From positions 89,652,001 through 89,716,000 of the forward strand of contig NC_043001.1 of assembly GCF_006345805.1 (NCBI RefSeq): a stretch of 64,000 nucleotides of DNA. Reading direction: 5' to 3'. Below are positions 53,129 to 64,000 of this stretch, one piece after another (positions within the stretch are counted from its first letter, which is position 1; each line of letters opens with the position of its first letter). The translations under genes were made by a program, and so were the position numbers. Source of the DNA: Octopus sinensis (taxonomy: Eukaryota). The notes beneath the pieces are model-generated. The model was not told the DNA's origin. It made no database searches and worked only from the letters and a program-made list of their open reading frames with translations.

Positions 53129-53135
53129 CAGCAGT
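52997..53135. repeat. (TAG)n/(CAG)n compound microsatellite
   Basis: Seen directly. Confidence 0.95.
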
Positions 53136-53689
53136 ATTGAAGTTAATGTGGTGGTGGTGATGATGGTGGTAGTGATGATCAATTAAGACAACCAGCAGTT
53201 ATATCTGAATAAAATATCTGTTTGCTGTGATGGGTGGAGTTAAATTGTCAAATAACCATATTTGGTGGTTGGTAGGATGTTACTTATAGAGTAACTAATT
53301 CTCAACCTTAGCAGAGTCCAAGCATTAAGGAAGTTGATGTCAAGTAAGAAGGTGATGGATAGGTGTTATGGCTAAAGAAATATATTATGGATAAAGCGAA
53401 GTGTAATAAATCATATAGGTTGCAGAGTATAACTATTTTCTATGGCAAAATACAATAGTGTGTTATAATTTATATGCTGATGAACTGTAATGTATACATA
53501 CACTGGTGTACATACTGCATGCATTAGTGTATTGTAAAGTATACAATTGTATACTGGGATATACATATAATATACCAGTGTACTGTAATCGTATATACAT
53601 TAGGGTAGTATAGATTGACAGAATCATTAGAGATAGAAGAATTGCTTTGTAGTATTTGTTCCAACACTTTAAATTCTATTTTCAGATCC

Positions 53690-53820
53690 TGCCAGACTCA
53701 ATTTTGCCTTTCATCCTTTCAAGGTTGATAAAATAAAGTACCAGTCAAATTTTGGGGGTTGTTGGTATTGATTAATCCCCTTTCTTCAAAATTGCTGGTC
53801 TGGTGTGCCAAAAATTTAAA
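53690..53820 (+). mobile_element. SINE family A fragment
   Basis: ttttgcctttcatcctttcaaggttgataaaataaagtaccagtc. Confidence 0.7.
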
Positions 53821-53948
53821 CTATTATTATTATTATCATTATTATTATTATTATTATTATTATTACTTTTTTTTTTCTTCTTTCAAATTTTCTTCCATTT
53901 CTTGCCGAGTGTCTTCCCGACTCCTAGGGCAAAGAAACTCATAGTGTA

Positions 53949-54001
<53 letters not shown>

Positions 54002-54569
54002 TATTATTATTATCATTATTATTATTGTTGTTGTTGTTGTTATTATTATTACTGTGTCAGAGAGCAATGCATGCCATTAAAGCAAGACTGGGGTACAAAT
54101 ATATGAAGCTCAATATACCTATCATAACTACCCATCTGGTAAGGGTACACCAGGCACATACATCACAACCACAAGTATACAACATGATGATCTCATATCA
54201 AGATAAATAGTACATGACTTTGCAGGTGAGGCCCAGTTAGAATTTTATTCAGGTCAAGTAGCCCATCCCACTCAAAGGTCTTTGAATAAAGTTTGTTTAA
54301 GGATGATGAATGAAACCCCATGTTTCCAGAGGTGAATTATTCAAACCCTAAAGAATTTCTTTCAACACATAGCTATGATACTCCCCCATTATTCCTGCTT
54401 ATGATCAGAGTTGCATATATCATCAGCCACTATGAGACATGCTCAACTGATTAAGTTCAAGCAACTGACTAGCAAATCTGAGGTATTGAGCAGAATATTT
54501 ACTATAGCCCATCTTTTATACCAAGACAAAACATGTATATAACACTTCCAAACAGTTAAAATCAGAAGC

Positions 54570-54591
54570 GAAGAGCCAATTATTATTATTA

Positions 54592-54644
<53 letters not shown>

Positions 54645-56815
54645 GAAATCTAGTGTATGTTAAATCAGAGATGTTATCCTGATGTTTAGTGGCAACAAGT
54701 CTCCTTCATTCTCAAGAATCCTTGTTAGGGTTCATGTAGAATGTAGGATGGCACTTTCCTGAAAGTAAACAGTATGTATTTCGGTTCTAATATCCTTCCT
54801 TCAGCCGCTTATGTAGCAATTTGGACATTATGCAAGCCGTACCAATTACCACAGGAACAACTATCCCCTTTGGGTTCCACAATTTCTGCTTCTTTCTGGC
54901 TAGGTCGTAATGTTCTTAAATATTCTTAGCTTCCTTGATATCCACTTAATATCATATGGAGTTGCAAAATCAATGATCAGTAAAAGGCTATTCTTCTGAG
55001 TTATTGTTGGGTGAAATTTCCTGGGATTTTGTTGATGAATCTTTCTAGTCCCTTTCTGGTTATTCCAAGTCCTCTGATTATTACTGGTATGTTAACTCTC
55101 TATGTCCTTTACAATCATGCCTAGTTTCCTTGCTTGATAGTTTGGTCAGTCTCTATGAAACAATCCCATAAAATTCTGTAATTATGGTAGCTTCTAGCTC
55201 ATGTTCTTGCCACTTTTTCATCACTTCAAATTCACAATCTTGGCTAACATCCAAATTCACTCTTTTACTGACATAGTCATGCTTGCATTTATACTTTTTT
55301 GTACTAGCTTATTGTACTCAACTTTGGAGGTAGTTAATTCATTTGTCCTCTTTTCCACACATTATCTTGCTTTCCATTGGTAATTTCATATGACTTTCTA
55401 CTGCACCACTTGTTGCACCTCCATGTTTCTGAGGTGTGTGCAGCACTATGTTCTTATTTTTGTGGGGACTGGGGGAATATAGACTCCTCCTGTTGATGCA
55501 CTGCATCAGTTTGTTTTGTTGTGGGGTATTGTTTCTGTTTCTTGTCATATGAATATGTGTTCTGTGGTGCATAGTGTGTATAATGTGGATTGTGCATGTT
55601 TATTTTGTATAGTATATGTTGCATAAGTTGTGTTGTTTTAGATTATTATATGCTTATTGTATAGATTGTGTATTGTGTGTGAAGATCATTCTATTTCAGT
55701 TATTCTATTGGACCATGAGCTATTGGATCATGGCCATGTTGTTTTGCCTTCTGTTTTGTTCTGTGTGCAAAAGATTTTGCTTCAGTTTCATTTTGTGTTA
55801 ATTCAGGGATAGTTCTTGTGAAAATTTTCTTGTTTCTTTTATGACTAAGAATAGTTTTTCCTGATGATGTTTGACAATTCCTAGAAAGAAGTTTTGTGGT
55901 ATTGAAAGATAGGTGTCTAGGTCCATGGTAGTGATTTTGTAAACTAGTTTGAACTGTACAAAGCCTCTACATCCCTCCACTCTTGGTAGGTAAATAAATT
56001 ATCATCTGCCTTTGAATGGTATATGTTAGATATGTTAGCTTTTCTTCTTGTTTTACTACCTCATTTCATAATTTCATTTACTGTCCTGTTTATAATATTG
56101 TAACTGTATGTTACCACAGCAATAGCTTGAGTATTGATGGTTAAAATCAGTTATATGCATTTAGTTCAGTCTTTAGTATGATTCTTACTTTACTGCAATA
56201 CTCTTTTCAATTTTTCTCTTTTCTGGCAGAATGTTATATGTCATCATCTTCATTTACTCCTAGGTATTTGTCTGTGCCTTTCCAGTTAAGCTCCTTGATT
56301 TAGGTGTCATTATTGGGCATATGTTATGTGTTGCAGTAAGCTTACTTCTTGTGAATGTAACCTAGGCACATTTATTTAATCTAGACTCCATTTTAATTTC
56401 ATCACTGAAACTTTTTACAATGGTTAGTAGAACAGCTTGTTTTACATTCTTGATAAAAGTTTTTAAATCATTCATATAAAACAGATAGCTCAATTTACTA
56501 TTTTCTGTTTCATACAAATAGTTACTGTTGATCCTTCATTGTGGTTTAGAGTTAGTGTTATTTTTCAATAATTTTTCATATTGTCTTTTATGCAATTTTG
56601 TTATTGGACAGACTTTATAGATCTCAAGACTCTTCACTGTTCAGATTTGTGTCAAAGGCTTTTCTTGTAGTCAATCCTGGTTGTTGACAGGACTTTATTT
56701 TCTTGATTTGGCTTCCTTAAGCATTATTTATTTATATTATCTATAAACTGGTCTTTGCAACTATAGCTTCTCTTTCTATATCCTTTCTGTTTGGCTGGTA
56801 GCAAGTTGTTGATTA
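54570..56815 (-). mobile_element. Decayed R4/Dong-type non-LTR retrotransposon, 3' part with (TAA)n tail
   Basis: KGYRKRSYSCKDQ, LFYM(N)DLK-like RT motif, GCRGFVQFKLVYKITTMDLDTYL, LWD..IETD, LQESAIL. (TAA)n at the 3' end. Confidence 0.78.
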
Positions 56816-56820
56816 AAAAG

Positions 56821-56866
<46 letters not shown>

Positions 56867-57049
56867 GGCACGGGCATGGCTGTGACATATATCTCACACC
56901 TCTGTCAACATTGTACCTTGCCATTGTGACTCAACACTATTCCACATGATTGCCAAATAACACTATACTACACCAATTCAAGTTGTCAGCATATTGTAAT
57001 TTGCCCCCAAGCTTATATGAAATAATACTTTTCTTTCCATTTCTTTCAG

Positions 57050-57445
57050 GTTTCCTATCCCCTCTCACCAGTTTCTCTGCCTCCTCCCACCACCATGCAA
57101 GCTACAGGCGTATTCACATGGCGACAGCCGATGGACGTTAGCTTGTACCCACCAGTAGGGAACCCTTGTGCCTACTTACTAGAAAATGCTCTATGCTACA
57201 TTATATCTGGATTGTTGCTGCTGGTTGTTGGAGTTATTATCACATCACTGACCTTTCAGAACCTTGAGGACTACAAAAATGAGCATGTCAACCGATACGC
57301 AGGGCCTGTCCTGATAGGGGCAGGGATTTTGGTTATCGCTCGCGGTGCCTTAAGTCACCTTTGCCCCCAAAGGTCACAGTTTGCTCGGCAAAGGTCTTTG
57401 CTGCGGAGATATGTGAGAGAATTGTATACGAGGCCTATATTAGGG
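57050..57445 (+). CDS. Coding exon of an unidentified two-transmembrane protein (PIRT/TMEM100/TMEM200-like pattern); rest of gene not located
   Basis: Acceptor ttttctttccatttctttcAG|G (57048-49) and donor GGG|GTAAGT (57446). The 396-bp exon is open in phase 0-0. ATG at 57095 is in CCACCATG context. It encodes two hydrophobic helices, YIISGLLLLVVGVIITSLTF and YAGPVLIGAGILVIARGAL, separated by a short polar loop and followed by a basic tail. Higher GC and CpG content than the flanks. Confidence 0.85.
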
Positions 57446-58421
57446 GTAAGTAGCTGCTGTTGTAATTATTGTTGAAGCATCCCACAGCCTCTTCTTTATA
57501 TCCTGTAATTTCACTTTCCCAACAAGGGAAATCTGAAGAAAATTATTTGATATTGCCAGTAATTGTTGAGCATTTGAAGATCTAGTCTTTAGTGTTTCAT
57601 CCATGTTGGTGATAAATAATAATTTTTACGCTGGTATAATTTGTAGAGGAGAGGGTAGAGTTGATTGAATTATTTCTAATACATGACTAGTTGCTTCATT
57701 AAACTTGTTGGTACATGTCACTTGCACTATCTCTTTTACAAGGTGATATAAAATAAAAACTGTTTTACCCAAGAAGAATTTACCTCAGTTAAAAAAAGCT
57801 CTGGCAGTAGGTAGGGAATTAACAGATGTTTCACCCATAATATGGTACAAAAGAATCCAAAGACTCAGTCTTCTAACAACAGTTCTAAAAAAATATTTTA
57901 AAAAACCTCCAAAAAACTCATGCTTGACCCTGGAGATTTTGCAAAAAATCAATAGGACATAGATGGAAGAAAGTAAATAATGTAAAGCAGTTTGGCTGGT
58001 GCACTGTAGGGAGCTTCTACTACTCCCTTAATCCTGTGCTAATATTGAATCATATGTAGTAAACATACTGAGTGACATAAATGGCAAAGTGCCAGATTGA
58101 ATGGCATAATGTGTTTAGTTTCATCTTGGTATATTCTGAGTTCAAAAACAGGTAATGCAGTGGGACTATATTAGTTTTGCATCTCTCAGTGGTCAATAAA
58201 GTCAATACCAGTAATACAGTTCAAATTAATTATGTTGACTATAGTTGCAAATAGTTACTTATGGCAAAAGACACTTCCCCAAAGTGCTGCTCACTGAGAT
58301 AAAAAAAAATGGAACTAGGTGTTTGAGGAATCAACTTTTTAAACCACAGTTTGACTTTCTATAACCCTTTGATAAATGGTTTTGATTTATTGTCAGGGGA
58401 CATACACACACATATACACAC

Positions 58422-58480
<59 letters not shown>

Positions 58481-58497
58481 CATACATACATATATAT

Positions 58498-58866
58498 CAT
58501 CATCATCATCATCATCATCATCATCGTTTAACGTCTGCTTTCCATGCTAGCATGGGTTGGATGATTTGACTGAGGTCTGGCAAACCAGACTACAAACTGA
58601 TCTGGCAGAGTTTCTACAGCTGGATGCCCTTCCTAACGCCAACCACTCTGAGAGTGTAGTAGGTGCTTTTACGTGCTACTGGCATGAGGGCTAGTTTGGC
58701 AGTACTGGCAACAGCCACGCTCAAATGATGCTTTTTATCTGCCACCTGCACAGGAGCCAGTCCGGCAGCACTGGCAACAACCTCGCTCGAATGTTTTTTT
58801 TTTCACGTGCCACTAGCACAAGTGGTAGTAAGGCGACGCAGGTAACGATCATGCTTGAATGGTGTT
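58498..58866 (-). mobile_element. SINE family C (V-domain-like core, (GAT)n tail)
   Basis: (CAT)n, then ccatgctagcatgggttgg..ggatgcccttcctaacgcc; the latter resembles the V-SINE domain. Relatives at about 6290-6540, 13790-13880, 22700-23070 and 30300-30470. Confidence 0.7.
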
Positions 58867-59513
58867 ATATACATATTTATATATCGGTATATATTCGGCA
58901 AAAGAGACATCAGAATAAGTACTGGGCTTGATTCATTCAACTAAACATTCTTCAAGGTTGTGTTCCAGCATGGCTGCAGTCTAATGACTGAAACAAGTAA
59001 GAAGTAAAAAATAAAAGATATAAAAATGACTGATTGACACCAGTGATGTACTGGTGACAGTCAGATCAACTGCATCTCATCTCTTGCAAAGAGTGGTCAA
59101 GTCAACAGATTATTCTTATTAGCAGTTTTATTAAACCTGGAAACCTAAGAAATGGGACAAGTTGTAAAGAACCAGCTAGATTAAATGCTTTGCAGTGTTT
59201 AAGTATGATCTGTTTTTACTTTGAATTTAAATTATACTTAAGCTGACTTTTGTTTTTATTTCTCCAAGTTTGATAAACTGTGTTTAGAATCAAGTATGAA
59301 ATGAGGTTTATTCAACCAGCTATATCCCTACTCTATAAGTTGGTGGCATTGTGCCAACATCAAGAAATATTGCTAAATATGAGTTGGGCAAGATCTTTCC
59401 TTCACCTACCCCCATTGCTTTCAACAGTGCTGAAAGCTAGCTCTATCTTTCCTTCCCTCCTCTCTCTCTTTGTCTCTCTTTCTGTATATGTGTGTTTAAG
59501 AGAGAGAGAGAGA

Positions 59514-59594
<81 letters not shown>

Positions 59595-60739
59595 GTGTAT
59601 GTATGTATACACATACATACATATTAGGCTTTTCTCTGCAATTACTGAAGCCTATAGAAATTTTTAGAATCAGATAAGAGTGAACAATTTTCAATGGCTT
59701 ATCTCCTTATTTCTAGAAGAAATCAATTCCTGCAGATATGTGTCCATGTTTTGTGTGTGTGTTGGTTGCTTGGTTGTTGTAAATCTATTTGATATTTATA
59801 TGTGAATGTGTGTTTTTGTGGTGGTATATTTGGTTGTGTGTGTATGCATGTTGCAAATATTTATGGTGTGTATGTGTGTTGGGTAAATATGTGTGTGTAT
59901 AATAACTTTGTTTTGTTGTGTTAAGTGAGAGTATATATGTGCGTGAATTGTACATGTATGTTGTGCTGTGTGTAGGGTGGAGTATGCATGGATGTGTGCA
60001 TGTGGAGTTTGTGTGGACATGTACTTGTGTTACACATCTTTCTAATTTAGTTGTTATATATTGTGTATATTTGTTTTGGGAAATATGTATACATATGAAT
60101 CGTGTATGTGTATATATGTATGTCACAGTATATTTATGTGGTCTTTCAATGTGTAAATTTTTACACTGAGTATGCTGTTAATGTCCAGTATGTAATGTTT
60201 GTTGATATATAGGAGGACAAACTAAATTCAGTCCTTGAGAACAAACATGAGATTTTATCATTAAGCCAACAAATTAGGGTAGACCAACTAGTTAATTTAA
60301 CAGAAGTTTAGCTAGAGGGAATAAAGGGGCAGTTTTCTACAGGGTGTAGTTGTGAAGAAGCACAAAATTTTCTCTGAGCTATTATATTTGTTAATTAAGA
60401 TGAATTGGGGGATATACCAAATGGAGTTAACTGGGTGGGGTGGTAGAAACATTTGTTTATAAACAGGATTAAAAGGTAAAAGAGAGAAAGAGAGAGTGAG
60501 TTTATTATGCCTTCGCCTTCATCTTTTATTTTTTACTTTTTACTTGTTTCAGTTATTAGACTGCAGCCATGTTGGAACACCACCTTGAAGAATTTTTAGT
60601 TGAATGAATCAACCCCAGTGCTTGTTTTTTAAAGCCTGTTACTTATTCCGATGTCTCTTTTGCCGAATATATATATATATATATATATGTATGTGTTTGT
60701 GTATTTATATATATATATATATATATGTATGTGTTTGTG

Positions 60740-60777
<38 letters not shown>

Positions 60778-60873
60778 CATTCATACATATGTATGTATGA
60801 GTTTGTTTGTATATATATACACACACACACATACATACATATGTATGTATATATATATATACATATGTATGTT

Positions 60874-60904
<31 letters not shown>

Positions 60905-60957
60905 TCACACACATATATATATACATATATATTTGTGTGTGTATGTATGTACACACA

Positions 60958-61029
<72 letters not shown>

Positions 61030-61139
61030 ACACACACACAAAGTATGGGGGTTTAGTTCACGGGTGATCTAAATGATTAGGTATGCCAAGTAAGTACTGT
61101 AGCAGATCGCTGGAGCTCCATTTCGGCTCTATATATATA

Positions 61140-61371
61140 CAGGGTTAGCCAAAAGTCACCTGTCAGTAAATCAAAACCAGTTAATTCCAAGATTTATATA
61201 TGTTTAACAACTGAATGAATTTGATAAAAGCATCTAAATATGAAACATCATGAAAATTGTTCAAATGATGTCCTTCATGAGTGACATATTTTCCCATTTG
61301 AGCCAATACAGAATTATAGATAGTATTTATGGGATTTTGATTTACTGTCTCGCGACTTTTGGCCCACCCTG
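61140..61371. mobile_element. Tc1/mariner-type MITE
   Basis: 37-bp imperfect TIRs cagggttagccaaaagtcac..gtaaatcaaaa and ttttgatttac..gcgacttttggcccaccctg, with TA on both sides. Confidence 0.85.
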
Positions 61372-62589
61372 TATATACTTGACTAGCTTCTTTCTGTTTC
61401 CATCTGCCAAATACACTCTCAAGGTTTAGTTGCCCCAAAGCTATAGTAGAAGACACTTGTCCAAGGTGTCATGTAGTGGAACTGAGCCTGGAACCATATG
61501 GTTAGGAAGCAAGTTTCTTACCACACAGCCATGTCTGCACCTATATGTAAAGTGCATTTAAAAAGTTGAACTATATTTGTCATTTAATATCAATTCATCT
61601 ACTATTAAATAAAAACATAAGATCTAATCATTGTTGATTAATTCTCAGATGTATAGCTGTTATTTTCCAGCTTCGCAATGATTCTTCAAATCTCTGTGAC
61701 ATACGAGTATCAGAGTCTCAAGACATAGCAGAAATCCAAGAATGTCCCAGGTAAGATTCCTATGGATGTCTGAAGGGAGTTCTTTTGCTATTAGTGGTGG
61801 TAGTTGCAGGTAAGTATTGTGACAGGAGCAGGACTAAGTAAGTTTGGTCTTGTACCAAAGAGATATGTCAAGTGCTTGAGTAAAAGAAATGAAAGTTATA
61901 CCACTATAATTTACATCTTTAGCTACTATCAACTACCATAATAATGCCCCTATAAACTACTATTCTATCTTCTCTTATCACACATCTATGCCACTGTGAC
62001 TTTTATTTCTAGCTACCATCTACTACCATTACATATTAACACCAGAAGTATTCAAAGTTGCTAAAATGTTTGACAACACAATTTCTGATGATTTCTCATG
62101 ACAATCCTGCATCTTTAATATAACCCAAACTCAAAGACCAAGCTTTCACTTCAAAGCCCCCAAAATATTTAATTTCTGATCAGTTACTGACTGAATACAC
62201 AGCTCAAATAAGATCTACACTGGTGCTCTACATACTTATATGTAATAGTCAGTTGCCCATCCACAAACATTTTAGACTGTATCCAAAAGAAAACTTTTCA
62301 ATTGATTTACAATGACTCATTCACAAACACACAACAACCTCTGACTTAGAGTCATGCTGTTGCTTCTCTCTACTTCTATTGCTATTAAAATGGTGTTCGT
62401 TCCTTTGAATTAGCTAGTTGCACACCACCTCTGTTCATCTCTACTTCAGCCACCTTACTCTCCTTCTCCCATGAATTTTCTGCATCCCATCTTTTAGACC
62501 CCTCCATGAATCATATTATCCAATCTTTTTCACAATCTTTTCAAATTCCTACTTCTGTCATCTTTGCCTACTCTAACAATCACTATCAT

Positions 62590-63330
62590 TGCATACTTAT
62601 ATCACCTTCACCTTACTTTGCTGTTAACAATCCATGTTACCATCACCTACCTCTACTATAGCTACTAACCACTACAACCACATGTCTGTACCACTCACCT
62701 ATCTCTTCTGTAGCTACCAATGCATATCCATACTGATATCACCTAACTCTACTGTAGCTATCGTCTATGACAATCACATCTTTCTTACCACTGTCACCTA
62801 CCTCTGCTATAGCCACCGTCTGCTACCTCCATAAATCTATACCTATTTCTTTATTACCCACAAGGGGCTGAACATAGAGGGGACAAACATGGACAGACAT
62901 AGGTATTAAGTCGATTATATCGACCCCAGTGCTTAACTGGTACTTAATTTATCGACCCCGAAAGGATGAAAGGTAAAGTCGACCTCGGCGGAATTTGAAC
63001 TCACAACGTAACGGCAGACGAAATACCGCTAAGCATTTCGCCCGACGTGCTAACGATTCTGCTAGCTCGCCGCCTATACCACCTCACTCACCTCTATTAT
63101 GTAGCTGCAACTCAGGACCACCACATGTCCACACCACTGTTACCACTTACCTCTGCTGTAGCAACTATCAACTGTCGTCATATGTCCACATCACTATCAC
63201 TTACTTTTACCTTTGCTATCAACTACTATCAGCACATGTCCATGTTGTCATTATGTAACTCTTCAGTAGCTGTTATCCATTACAATCACAAGGCTATATA
63301 TCACTATCACTTACCTATACTATACCTACC
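62590..63330. repeat. Degenerate C/A-rich minisatellite interrupted by the young SINE
   Basis: Recurrent cacatgtc..cact(a/g)tcac(c/t)tacctct..tgtagc motifs. Confidence 0.6.
62844..63074 (-). mobile_element. SINE family A, young copy with target-site duplication
   Basis: CpG-intact head. TATACC duplicated at 62838-62843 and 63075-63080. Confidence 0.92.
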
Positions 63331-64000
63331 ATCTACTACCCATGTCACTAATTTTATTTATCATTTTAAAATATTTCTTCCTTGTCTTTTTCATCTGAAT
63401 ATTGTTGATCTGAAATGTTAACTTAATGAAATCTTTGTAAACATTTCAGACCAACCAGACCAACTACACCAACATTTTTGAGGTAAAATCTATACATGTT
63501 CTTCTTTGTTGTCATGTGTACAAATTTCAGTTTATATTTTTTGTCAACACTGTCACATCACTGAAGACTAGACTTTCGGATCCAAAGAAATATATCGTGT
63601 CACAGTTTTAGCAATAATGTCTGTGAATACTCTTCATTCTTGTTTTGTTTTAGTATCTATAATGCAATACCACTATTCATGTGGATTATCTCAAATGTGA
63701 GCGATCTTTTTGCAGAGAATATCTTTCAAGATCATTGTAGTTGAAGGAACTGAGACTGTTAAAAAGCTCACCATCTCATCATCAAAAACCTACATCACAG
63801 GAGACAGGTTGTTGCAGCAACAGTGCTCTATAAAATTCACACAATATAAAGCTCTTCAGTGCATTGAACAATGTTGTCACTGCAGTATGGATGCTATTGT
63901 ACATATAAAGACTAATACATTCATTCATGCTTATGCATACCCTTCAACACTTGATGCCAAAACTTACACGTTGGTCAAAATAAGGAAGGAACTTTCAGAA

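Noticed and set aside
57446-57475. C-terminal VSSCCCNYC of track ORF 57095..57475
   Set aside because: Lies beyond a consensus GTAAGT donor, so most likely intronic read-through.
62990-63074. tRNA-like A/B boxes (also in other SINE heads)
   Set aside because: No full cloverleaf; they continue into SINE bodies with a TSD.

Overview
AT-rich, microsatellite-saturated animal genomic DNA; the repeat families suggest an Octopus-like cephalopod (inference, not verified). There is a 100-N scaffold gap at 3735-3834. Most of the window is repeat-derived: several mariner (DD34D) and DD37D transposons, two non-autonomous Helitrons, R4/Dong-type LINE relics, three SINE families, and one young and one decayed Penelope-like retroelement (PLE). 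The only well-supported host coding sequence is one + strand exon (57050-57445) encoding a two-transmembrane segment that resembles the PIRT/TMEM100/TMEM200 pattern; much of the rest may be its introns. The most distinctive unexplained structures are: (i) a PLE with 612 uninterrupted codons carrying a complete type I hammerhead-like motif with a variant CCGAAGA core; (ii) several fold-back (inverted-repeat) elements, at least one built from two decayed copies of the same hammerhead variant; (iii) three near-identical irritans-type mariners in 13 kb, one with an in-frame, microhomology-bounded deletion. Almost all ORF-track entries are microsatellite or antisense artefacts. All comparisons were made by eye, without tools.
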